This document shows, one piece after another, positions 30,893 through 39,014 of a stretch of 64,000 bases of DNA; the stretch's first letter is position 1, and each line of letters starts with the position of its first letter. The notes below the pieces were generated by a model. It did not search any database. It was not told where the DNA came from and worked only from the letters and a program-made list of their open reading frames with translations. Made by a program: the position numbers and the translations under genes. This stretch comes from Pseudomonadota bacterium (GTDB lineage: Bacteria > Myxococcota_A > Polyangia > Fen-1088): positions 2,093 through 66,092 of the forward strand of contig JAEXQJ010000307.1 in assembly GCA_023438785.1 (NCBI GenBank), given 5' to 3'.

Positions 30893-33800
30893 TCAGGCGA
30901 TTCGGTAGCGCTTGAGTTTTTTCTGGAGCCCGAACCGAGACAGCCCCAGCGCATCCGCGGCTTTGGTCTGGTTGCCGCCGAAGCGTTGCATGGCCTCCCG
31001 CACCAGGATCGTTTCGAGGCGTTCGACTCTGGGGCGCAGGCGAAGCCCGTCGGGCTCGTCACTGACGATGAGGCTGGGGTCCGAGGCTGCCGCGACGTGC
31101 GGAGAAAGATCGTGGGTCGTGATGGCGGTGCCTGAGAAGGCGGCCGCGCGGGCGATTTCGTTCTCCAACTCGCGCACGTTTCCCGGCCAACGGTAGGCGC
31201 ACAGTCTGGCCATGGCCGACGCCTCCACGGACTTCGGCGGCGTGTTCCCGCCGGCGAGCTTGGCCAGCAGATGGTGGATGAGCAGCGGGATGTCCTCGCG
31301 TCGCTCGCGCAAGGGCGGCAGGGTGAGACGGACCACGGCGAGGCGGAAGAACAGGTCCTGGCGGAACTTGTTCTGCTCAACCATGCGCGCCAGATCCTTG
31401 TTCGTGGCCGCCACGATGCGCACGTCGACCCTCTGGGCGCGCTCTCCGCCGACGCGGTGGAACTCGCCGTTCTGGAGCACACGAAGCAGCTTGCCCTGCA
31501 TACCGGGCGACATCTCGGCCACCTCGTCCAGGAACAGCGTCCCTCCATCCGCCACGGCGAACAGCCCCCGCGATTCGCGGTCGGCACCGGTGAACGCGCC
31601 CTTGACGTGTCCGAAGAGCGTGGATTCGAGCAGTGTCTCGGGAATGGCGGCGCAGTTCTCGGAAATGAAAGGCCGTTCGCGCCGCGGGCCGTTGAAGTGA
31701 ATGGCACGGGCCACCAGTTCCTTCCCAGTGCCGCTTTCGCCCTCGATGACCACGGGCAGAGAGGTGTCGGTTACGCGATCGAGCAGGTGGAACAACTCGA
31801 GCATGCGCGGGGTTTGGCCGACGATCTGTCGGTAGTCGTAGCGGAGGTTCGCGGCTTCGCGGCTGATCTTCAGTTCCTCCCGAGCGCCCTGCAGGTCGGC
31901 CTCGCGGCGCTGGAGCTCGCGCTCCAGGCGTCGATTGAGCGCCTGGACCTGGTTCTCGCGGCGGCGCAGTTCTGCGATCAGGCGCACGTTCTCGATGGCG
32001 ATCGCCGCCTGTTCGCCGAAATCCATCACGGTGGCCAGGGCCTCGTCGTCGAAGACGCCCTTGCGTAACCGGTGGTCGACATAGATCGTGCCCACCACGT
32101 TGCCCTTGACGGCGAGGGGAACGGCCAGGACGGAGCGCAGGTGGAGATCGCTGACCGACAGCGCCTCGCGAAAGCGTTGATCCCCAGCCGCGTCGACGGT
32201 CATGACCGGCTGGCCGCTATCCGCTGCTTGTTTGGCGATGGAGCGCGAGAGGGTGAACTCGGGGCCCTCCAGCGAGTGTTGGTCGATGTTGCGCGCCACC
32301 CTCACGGAGAGCTCGCCACTTCCGTCCTTGAGCAGAAGGAATCCACGCTCCGCGTCTGTGAGCTCGATGACGGTGTCGATCACTGTCTCCAGCACGCGGG
32401 CCAGGCGCAGATCGCTGTTCAGACGTTTGTTGATGCGAAGGAGGCGGCGCAGCCGAGCGTCGGCCCGGGTGGCTCGCTCCAACGCAGGGGCCAGGTTGGC
32501 TTCCGCGTCGCCGCGCCGGCGCGGGGCATCGAGGCCAGCGGCGAGGCCAGCGCGGAATTGTGGCGGTGTGTTCATTCTGATCTCCTCGAAGCGATGCTCC
32601 GCACGCGGCAGCTCGGCCGCGGCCCGCGCACTGCCGACCCGATCCCAGAGTCGCCAGGCCAGCCCCCCGGCACGCAGGGCCAGGGGAAGCCTCCCCTGCC
32701 CTTGCGCCGTCTCGGCCAAGCGGGACAGGGTGGACGCGAGGGCGTCGTCGGTCTGGGGATCCGGGGGCGATGCGAGAGCGATGCGTGCCTTGGCCAGAGC
32801 GGGCGCGGCGTGGCTGGGCGTGGCCATCGCCCGGTCTCCGGCAGCCGTGCGCCAGACCTCCTCCGCCGCCTTCACCTGACCGGCCTGAGCGAATGCTTCT
32901 GCTCGGGCGAAGGCGGCGGATTGGGCCATGGCCTGGTTGCCCTGCCTCGCGAACGTCTCACCGGCTTTCGCGTACAGGGCCGCGGCCCGGTCGGGCTGCC
33001 TGGGACGAATCACATCGCCGTCCAGGTGGTATGCGAAGGCCACGAAGCTGTCGCCGCGCGCGGTCTCGGCCTCGGTGTGCAGGCGTTCGGAAATCCGTCC
33101 GGCCCCATGCTCATCGCCCAGTTGGAGGAGCAACTCGCCCGTGTTGAAAAGCGCAAGAGCGAGGTCGGTCGCGACCCGCAGGCGCCCGAGCTCCCGGGTG
33201 GCCTGCGGCAGGTACTGCAGAGCCTCGCTGTATTGGCCTGTTTCGGCGAGCGTGCAGCCCAGGTTCGATTTGGCGGTGGCGAGGCCGTGCACGTCGCCGC
33301 TGGCCTGGTATCGCTCCACCGCCTCTCGGTACGCGGCGGCGGCCTCGCGCGGCCGACCGGCCAGTTGGCAAATGAGTCCACGCATGGCCGGAAGACGCGC
33401 ATCGTTCGCGGCGCCGGGCTGCATCCGCTTGAGGAGAGAGTCCGCTTCGTCACCGCGACCCAGGTAGGCCAAAGCGAGGATTGCCGCCTCGTGATCGGCG
33501 CCTTCCGCAGTGGCCGAGTTGGCGTGGACTGCCGGGGCGGCCGCGGCCAGGGCTTGGTTAAAGAGACCGGCGGAGATCAGCAAGCGAGCCAGACGGGCCC
33601 GCATGGGGACGCGCAGCTCGTCGTTCTCCTCGCCCAACTCGTCGAGCGCTTGTTCGAGGATGCGACGGGCACCGTTGAGAGCGCCGCTGCGGCCGAGTAG
33701 CCAGGCTCGCCGCTCGGCAAGATGCGCTCTCTGCCCTGGGCTGGCCGCGCACGCGTCGTCGAGCAGATCCAGGGCCTCACGGTAGCGGCCCGCGATGCCC

Positions 33801-35815
33801 AAGGCCCGACTCCAGTCCAGGCGATCTGCGAGAGTCGCCACGGTCGAGTCGATGCGGAGCGCGCGCAAACCCCACCGCGCGGCCTCCGCGTAGCGTTCGG
33901 CGTGGATGGCGGACCGCGCGGCCGCGCAGAAGGTGTGCGCCGCCTCGCCGTGCTGGCCGAGCGCCCACTGGCCTTCGCCTCGCCGCGGGTCATCCTGGGG
34001 CAGTTCGGTCGCGCAGAGCCCGGCCAGGTCGGCCAGCGCGGGGTCAGCGGCCAGCGCGCGGCACACCGATTCCAGGTGCTGCGCCCCGGGCAGAGCTTCA
34101 CCCGAGGGAGCCAGCCAACCGGCCGCCCTGGCCTCGCTGGCTGCTCTCTCGCTCCGTTCCGGATCGAACCCGGCGAGCTCGGCCGCGCGCATCGGTGAAG
34201 GCGCCAGGGCCAAGGCCGTCACCCAACGCCGGCTTTCGGGACCCAGGGAGGCGAAGCTTCGATCGAGCAAGCCAGGCAGGTCTGGAGGCTCATCCGAGGA
34301 AGGAGCCGAGAGCGCCTCTCCCCTGACCCATTGGCGGACCAGCAGGGCAGCCGCTGCGGCCAAGCCACCTGAGGCGCGCGCGATTCGCTTCACCGTGGCC
34401 TCGCTGGGCAACTCGCCGGCCGCACGCCGGGCCAGTTCCTGGATCTCGGCCTCGTCCAGGGGGCGAAGTGCGAGGTCCATGGCGTCGGTACGCGCCCAGC
34501 CCTGCTCCACGGGCAAGACGACCAGCAGCCGCCCCGTGTTCCCAGCCGACGCGACGGCTTCGGCCCAGGCCTCTTCATCTGCGCCCGGGCCGAGGACGAG
34601 GCACAGCGGGCGCTCCCGTGCGCGCTCCTCGAGCTCTTGAATCATGGCCGCTCGTCGCGCCTCGGCCTGGCGTCCTGGATCGTCCGCCTCGGCCCCGTCC
34701 GGGAGACGTGCCAGATGGCCCAGGCCGGCTTCGTCGATTTGGAGGGCCGGCATGGCGCCCGAGAGGAGGCCCAGGCGGGCGTCGCGCAGGACACGCGCGA
34801 TGAGCGAGCGGCGCCCCGAGCCCGGTGGGCCAGAGACGGTGACGACGGCGGTGGGTGCGGCGCCTTCGGCCAGCTGTTCCAACGTGCGCAGAAGGGCCCG
34901 TTGTTGCTCTCGCCGCCCGACCAGAACCCCAGCCAGCGGATCGCCCGCCGGGGCCGGCGGGCAAAGCTCGACGGTCAGGTTCGGGTCGGGGATGCGGTTG
35001 TGGATCAGGCGGAGGAGCTCACGCGCGCTCGCGGGGCGCGCCTCCGGGGCGAAGGCCAGAAGGCGACAGAGCAACTCGTCCCACTCGGGTGCAAGTCCCG
35101 GGCAGAGCGCCGACGGCGGCGTCGCGGGCGCCTCCCAAATCCGTCGCGCTGACTCCGTGCCGACGCCAAAGGGAGCCACAGCGGTCCAGGCGTGGTAGAG
35201 GGTCGCGCCCAGGCTGAAGAGGTCGCTGGCCGGTTCGGGCTCGCCCACCAGCGCCTCGGGGGCGATGAAACCGAGTGTCCCCGCGGCCCCTCCGAGGTGC
35301 CGACGCTCCAGCGAGCAAGCCAGACCGAGATCGAGGAGGACGGGTTCGTCCTGCGCGTTGTAGCGCACGTTCGCGGGACTGATATCGCCGTGGAGGATGC
35401 CGCGACCGTGCAGGTAGGCGAGTGCGTCGGCCAGGCGAAGCGCGGCCCCGGCCAGTTGCGCGAAGCGCTCAGGGCTGGCATCCAGACGGTCGCTGAGCGT
35501 GGGCCCTGGCAGCAGCTCGCTCACCAGGAAGAGGCGGCCGTCTGGCAGCCGGCCCGCGTCGCGAATGCGCACGATGTTGGGATGGCCGAGGTCGCTCAGG
35601 CGGCCGAACTCGTCCAACGCGCGGGCCGCGCCCCGGTCGTCTCCGGACGCGCGGAAGAGCTTGATGGCGCACGTCTCCCCCGTGTCCCGATCCCGAGCTC
35701 GGAAGACCTGACCGGTCTGTCCCGCTCCCAGTCGCGGTCCCAGCTCATAGCGACCGCCCAGGAGATCGGAGGTCCGCCCGGCGCCGCGCGTGCCAACCTT
35801 ATTGGCTGAATCCAC
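30893..35815 (-). CDS. Giant (1640 aa) fusion regulator with six modules in order: Ser/Thr protein kinase, STAND-like P-loop NTPase, TPR array, GAF, sigma-54 interaction AAA+ domain (with GAFTGA), and Fis-type HTH
   Basis: Kinase: GxGxxG (LGAGQTGQV), VAIK (CAIKLF), HGDISPANV, DLG, APE. P-loop: VSGPPGSGRRSL. About 450 aa of TPR-like helical repeats. GAF: LARVLETVIDTVIELTDAERGFLLLKD. Sigma-54 activator core: GESGTGKE, GAFTGA, LFLDEV, RVIAATN-like. C-terminal HTH_8 (QTKAADALGLSRFGLQKKLKRY). GTG start. Confidence 0.85.
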   Translation of the reverse strand: MDSANKVGTRGAGRTSDLLGGRYELGPRLGAGQTGQVFRARDRDTGETCAIKLFRASGDDRGAARALDEFGRLSDLGHPNIVRIRDAGRLPDGRLFLVSELLPGPTLSDRLDASPERFAQLAGAALRLADALAYLHGRGILHGDISPANVRYNAQDEPVLLDLGLACSLERRHLGGAAGTLGFIAPEALVGEPEPASDLFSLGATLYHAWTAVAPFGVGTESARRIWEAPATPPSALCPGLAPEWDELLCRLLAFAPEARPASARELLRLIHNRIPDPNLTVELCPPAPAGDPLAGVLVGRREQQRALLRTLEQLAEGAAPTAVVTVSGPPGSGRRSLIARVLRDARLGLLSGAMPALQIDEAGLGHLARLPDGAEADDPGRQAEARRAAMIQELEERARERPLCLVLGPGADEEAWAEAVASAGNTGRLLVVLPVEQGWARTDAMDLALRPLDEAEIQELARRAAGELPSEATVKRIARASGGLAAAAALLVRQWVRGEALSAPSSDEPPDLPGLLDRSFASLGPESRRWVTALALAPSPMRAAELAGFDPERSERAASEARAAGWLAPSGEALPGAQHLESVCRALAADPALADLAGLCATELPQDDPRRGEGQWALGQHGEAAHTFCAAARSAIHAERYAEAARWGLRALRIDSTVATLADRLDWSRALGIAGRYREALDLLDDACAASPGQRAHLAERRAWLLGRSGALNGARRILEQALDELGEENDELRVPMRARLARLLISAGLFNQALAAAAPAVHANSATAEGADHEAAILALAYLGRGDEADSLLKRMQPGAANDARLPAMRGLICQLAGRPREAAAAYREAVERYQASGDVHGLATAKSNLGCTLAETGQYSEALQYLPQATRELGRLRVATDLALALFNTGELLLQLGDEHGAGRISERLHTEAETARGDSFVAFAYHLDGDVIRPRQPDRAAALYAKAGETFARQGNQAMAQSAAFARAEAFAQAGQVKAAEEVWRTAAGDRAMATPSHAAPALAKARIALASPPDPQTDDALASTLSRLAETAQGQGRLPLALRAGGLAWRLWDRVGSARAAAELPRAEHRFEEIRMNTPPQFRAGLAAGLDAPRRRGDAEANLAPALERATRADARLRRLLRINKRLNSDLRLARVLETVIDTVIELTDAERGFLLLKDGSGELSVRVARNIDQHSLEGPEFTLSRSIAKQAADSGQPVMTVDAAGDQRFREALSVSDLHLRSVLAVPLAVKGNVVGTIYVDHRLRKGVFDDEALATVMDFGEQAAIAIENVRLIAELRRRENQVQALNRRLERELQRREADLQGAREELKISREAANLRYDYRQIVGQTPRMLELFHLLDRVTDTSLPVVIEGESGTGKELVARAIHFNGPRRERPFISENCAAIPETLLESTLFGHVKGAFTGADRESRGLFAVADGGTLFLDEVAEMSPGMQGKLLRVLQNGEFHRVGGERAQRVDVRIVAATNKDLARMVEQNKFRQDLFFRLAVVRLTLPPLRERREDIPLLIHHLLAKLAGGNTPPKSVEASAMARLCAYRWPGNVRELENEIARAAAFSGTAITTHDLSPHVAAASDPSLIVSDEPDGLRLRPRVERLETILVREAMQRFGGNQTKAADALGLSRFGLQKKLKRYRIA

Positions 35816-35889
35816 TGACTCTGAGTGTATGGATCCTTTGCGGTTTTTACAATCTGCCTATCGCGTTGCCAGGTGACCGGGGGCGGATG

Positions 35890-36801
35890 TCATGGAGCAT
35901 CGGCAGCGTTGCGTGCAAGACGCTGCAAGGCGGCGCGGGCCATAATGCGAAGCTCCTCATCTTCGTGCGCATCGGCCACGAAGCTCAAATAGTCCGTCGC
36001 CTCCTTGCCTCCGATGGCGGCCACGGCATCGATGATCTTGCGCAGCTCGCGCCGGTCTCGCATGGAGCGGCTTCGGGTCAATTCGGCCACGGCCCGCCGC
36101 TCACGCAGCCGCACCAGCGCACCCAGAGCGGTATCGCGGGTGACCTCGTCCTCGTCCGAGAGAAGCCGCAGCAGCGCCGGCACCTGGTCGAGCAGTCGGC
36201 GCTCGGCCACGACGCGGATGGCCTCCAACCGGAGCTCCCCTCCGCCACCTTCGAGCGCGGCTTTCACCTGGTTCACGTCGCCGAGCCACAGCCGCTGGCG
36301 GGCCAGGTAGGCGCCCACCAAGTCGTCGAGGCTTTGTTCCACCAAGCCGCGCAGAGTGGTGAGCGCGGCCTCCGGTGTCGAGGTCCTCTCGGCCTGGAAC
36401 TCGCCATTCTCCCGAAAACGGGGCGCAGCGCTGCCCTCGGGGTGAATGTCGATGCGTAGGCGTGCCCTGGCGCGCGCGGCGGTCTTGCCGGGCACGGACA
36501 CGAATTCGCTCGCCACGTCGACGCGCACGTTGGCGAGCGGGCCCGTCGCATCGGGAAGCGCGGGGGCGAAGAGCGCAAGCAGACGAGTCCGCACCCGATC
36601 GGCCAAGGCAGCGCGATCCAAGCCGGGTTTGGCATCGCTGTCGGAGAGCAGGGTGACTTGTACGGAGCCCAGCCTGGGCAGCGGCTCGACGGGCGCGCGC
36701 GCCGGCGCTCGTCGACAGGCAGCGAGCGCCAAGGCCAACCCGGTCAGCGCGGCCATCCACCAGCGCAGCTCACTTCGCCGCGGCGGGTGACGCTTCATCA
36801 T
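35890..36801 (-). CDS. HEAT/PBS-lyase-repeat lipoprotein
   Basis: Lipobox (LALALAACR). The C-terminal half has HEAT-like repeats (LRLEAIRVVAERRLLDQVPALLRLLSDEDEVTRDTALGALVRL). ATG-ATG start. It overlaps the GNAT stop in an ATGA arrangement. Confidence 0.65.
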   Translation of the reverse strand: MMKRHPPRRSELRWWMAALTGLALALAACRRAPARAPVEPLPRLGSVQVTLLSDSDAKPGLDRAALADRVRTRLLALFAPALPDATGPLANVRVDVASEFVSVPGKTAARARARLRIDIHPEGSAAPRFRENGEFQAERTSTPEAALTTLRGLVEQSLDDLVGAYLARQRLWLGDVNQVKAALEGGGGELRLEAIRVVAERRLLDQVPALLRLLSDEDEVTRDTALGALVRLRERRAVAELTRSRSMRDRRELRKIIDAVAAIGGKEATDYLSFVADAHEDEELRIMARAALQRLARNAADAP

Positions 36802-37280
36802 CCCAGGCGCTTGGCCAGCGTGACCAGATCGTCGCCCGGCCGGTAGAAGTCCTGGATGAGCCCCACGGTGGTGTAGCCGGCCCGCTCGTAAAAGCGCCGC
36901 GCCCCACCCTGCCCTTCGAGGCTGGAGGTCTCGATACGCAGCAGGCAGGCCTTGCGGTTACGCAGCTCCGTCTCCAGATCGGCCAGGAGCTTGCCACCCA
37001 AGCCGCGCCCGCGCTGTTCAGCCGCCGTCACCAGCCAGTACAGGTCGTAGGTGGCCTCGGTCATGGGCACGGCGCCGAAGCACGCGTAGGCCAGAGGGCG
37101 GTCGTCGTCGTCCACCAAGACGAGGGCCTCGTAGGTGTTGCCCTCTGGCGGGGCGAGCACCGCTTCGAGGAGCTCCAGCGCACACGCCACTTCCTCCGGG
37201 CGGAATGGATTGCCCGTGTCAGGGGCAATCAGGTTCGTGAGCGCAGATCGATCTTTGGGCGAGGGAATTCGTGTTTGCAT
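36798..37280 (-). CDS. GNAT family N-acetyltransferase
   Basis: Acetyl-CoA binding motif A (QRGRGLGGKLLADLE) and a length of 160 aa. Confidence 0.8.
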   Translation of the reverse strand: MQTRIPSPKDRSALTNLIAPDTGNPFRPEEVACALELLEAVLAPPEGNTYEALVLVDDDDRPLAYACFGAVPMTEATYDLYWLVTAAEQRGRGLGGKLLADLETELRNRKACLLRIETSSLEGQGGARRFYERAGYTTVGLIQDFYRPGDDLVTLAKRLG

Positions 37281-38316
37281 CCGAGTGCCTGGAAAGGGCC
37301 AAGCTGACGAGTCGCAAGACTACATCCTTGTACGCCAGGCCGCCCGCTTTGGCGGCTCGCGCGTACCCGCCGGCCACATGCGACAGGTCGCAGTTGGGAT
37401 TCACGTCGATGACGTAGGGCGTGCCGTCGGCGTGCAGGCGAATGTCGACGCGGCCGTAGTCGCGCAGTCCGATGGCCCGGAAGGCGTCTTGCGCAACTGT
37501 CTTCACCCGCGCCTGCAGGGCTTCGGACAGACCCGTGCAGGGGACCGGCTTGGTGCCTCGGTACTCGACCGAGTCCTCCACCCACTTGGCCTCGAATGAC
37601 ACGATCTTGGGGCGGTCCGCCGGCATGTCGCCAAAGTCGATCTCGAAAAACGGGAACACCTGGGGCTCGTCCCTCACGCGGCCCAGGAGGGAGACGTAGA
37701 TCTCGCGCCCGTCGACGAACTCTTCGACCAGCGCGGGCTGCCGGTAGTGTGCAAGCACGTGGGAAACGCGGGTGGCCAGCGCCGTGCGGTCGTGAACGAC
37801 GGAGGCGCTGCAGATGCCCACCGAGGCGTCCTCGCGGGCCGGCTTCACGATGAGGGGGAAGGCGAGGGAGAGCTCGTCCAGCTCAGTCACGGCACGCACC
37901 AAAACGCCGCGGGGCACGGGCACGCCGCGCGCCCACAGGATGTCTTTGACCTTCTCCTTGCGTAGGGCCAGCGACAGGGCGAACGCGGGCGAGCCCGTGT
38001 GGGGCAGGCCCTCCAGTTCCAGCAGCAGGGGCAGCAGGCACTCGAACCGGTTGTCGCCTTTGATCGATTCGCACAGGTTGAAGACCGCGGTGGGCTTCAA
38101 CTGGCGCAACTCGCTCACCGACGCGAGCACGTCATCGGTGATCCCAAGGGCGCACGCCTGGAAGTCGCTCTCGTTCAAGATGTGAACGATGTGCTCCGCG
38201 ATGTCCCGGATGTCCTCGCGCGCCTTGTTCTCCGGATCGGCGGTCGCGCCCTCGAAGTCGCGGTTGTAGGCCACGACGATTCGCGGCCGGCTGGGGGACT
38301 GCACGTGGTTGGGCAT
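37219..38316 (-). CDS. D-Ala-D-Ala ligase-family ATP-grasp ligase (divergent paralog, not the housekeeping Ddl)
   Basis: ATP-grasp core (FPLIVKPAREDASVGI, EEFVDGREIYVSLLG, IDVNPNCDLS) with a Ddl-like N-domain. It overlaps the downstream GNAT by about 60 nt as called. Confidence 0.8.
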   Translation of the reverse strand: MPNHVQSPSRPRIVVAYNRDFEGATADPENKAREDIRDIAEHIVHILNESDFQACALGITDDVLASVSELRQLKPTAVFNLCESIKGDNRFECLLPLLLELEGLPHTGSPAFALSLALRKEKVKDILWARGVPVPRGVLVRAVTELDELSLAFPLIVKPAREDASVGICSASVVHDRTALATRVSHVLAHYRQPALVEEFVDGREIYVSLLGRVRDEPQVFPFFEIDFGDMPADRPKIVSFEAKWVEDSVEYRGTKPVPCTGLSEALQARVKTVAQDAFRAIGLRDYGRVDIRLHADGTPYVIDVNPNCDLSHVAGGYARAAKAGGLAYKDVVLRLVSLALSRHSDANTNSLAQRSICAHEPDCP

Positions 38317-38317
38317 C

Positions 38318-39010
38318 TCAGTGGGGCGCTTTCGGCAAGGGCAATCGAGAGGCGGGAAATTCGTGGAAGTGGCGCTGCAGGTGTCGCTCGAAGATCGCGA
38401 TGGATGAGCGCGCCAGGGGCTCGACCCGCGGCGCCTCCCCCAGCTCGCGGGCCATGGAGGTCACGCCCGCGTCCGAGAGGCCGCAGGGCACGATGGTGGC
38501 GAAGCCGTCCAGGGCGGTGTGCACGTTGAGCGCAAAGCCGTGGATGGCCACGCCGTGGCGCACGTGCACGCCGAACGCGCAGATCTTGTCGTCCTTCACC
38601 CAGACGCCAGGCCGATCGGCGCGCCATTCGCCCGCGATATTGAAGGTGGCCAGCAGCTCGATCACGCCCGCCGCCATGGCCTCCACATGCGCGCGCACCC
38701 CACGGCGCAGGCGGAAGATGGGGTAGCCCACCAGTTGACCGGGACCATGGTAGGTCACGTCGCCGCCGCGGGTGCAGGGGTGCACTTCGATGCCGCGGGC
38801 CCGCAGCTCCGCGGGTGCAAGCCGCAGGTTCGCGGGGTCGGCATGGCGGCCCAGGGTGACCACGGGGCTGTGTTCGAGCAAGAGCAGGATGTCGCGGCCG
38901 CTCCCGTCTCGAATGCGACCGCGCAATTCCTCCTGCAGTTGGGCCACCGGGCCATACGGGGCAAGGCCCAACCACGCCCAGTCCGCGTCGGGCAGGGCCT
39001 CTCCCGGCAC
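38318..39010 (-). CDS. lipB: Octanoyltransferase (lipoyl/octanoyl transferase)
   Basis: LLLLEHSPVVTLGRH...GGDVTYHGPGQLVGYPIF...DKICAFGVHV, the LipB active-site region. GTG start. Confidence 0.9.
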   Translation of the reverse strand: MPGEALPDADWAWLGLAPYGPVAQLQEELRGRIRDGSGRDILLLLEHSPVVTLGRHADPANLRLAPAELRARGIEVHPCTRGGDVTYHGPGQLVGYPIFRLRRGVRAHVEAMAAGVIELLATFNIAGEWRADRPGVWVKDDKICAFGVHVRHGVAIHGFALNVHTALDGFATIVPCGLSDAGVTSMARELGEAPRVEPLARSSIAIFERHLQRHFHEFPASRLPLPKAPH

Positions 39011-39014
39011 GGAC

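Noticed and set aside
30583-31707. 374-aa minus-strand ORF overlapping the 3' end of the giant regulator
   Set aside because: It is an alternative frame of the sigma-54 AAA+/HTH coding region and would also run through the RHH gene. The kinase-activator frame carries the real motifs (GAFTGA, HTH_8).
32072-33700. 542-aa plus-strand ORF
   Set aside because: Antisense to the TPR/GAF region of the giant regulator.
35816-35889. TGGCAA-N6-TAGGCA upstream of the kinase-activator gene as a sigma-54 promoter
   Set aside because: The GG-to-GC spacing is off by one and the -12 element is poor.
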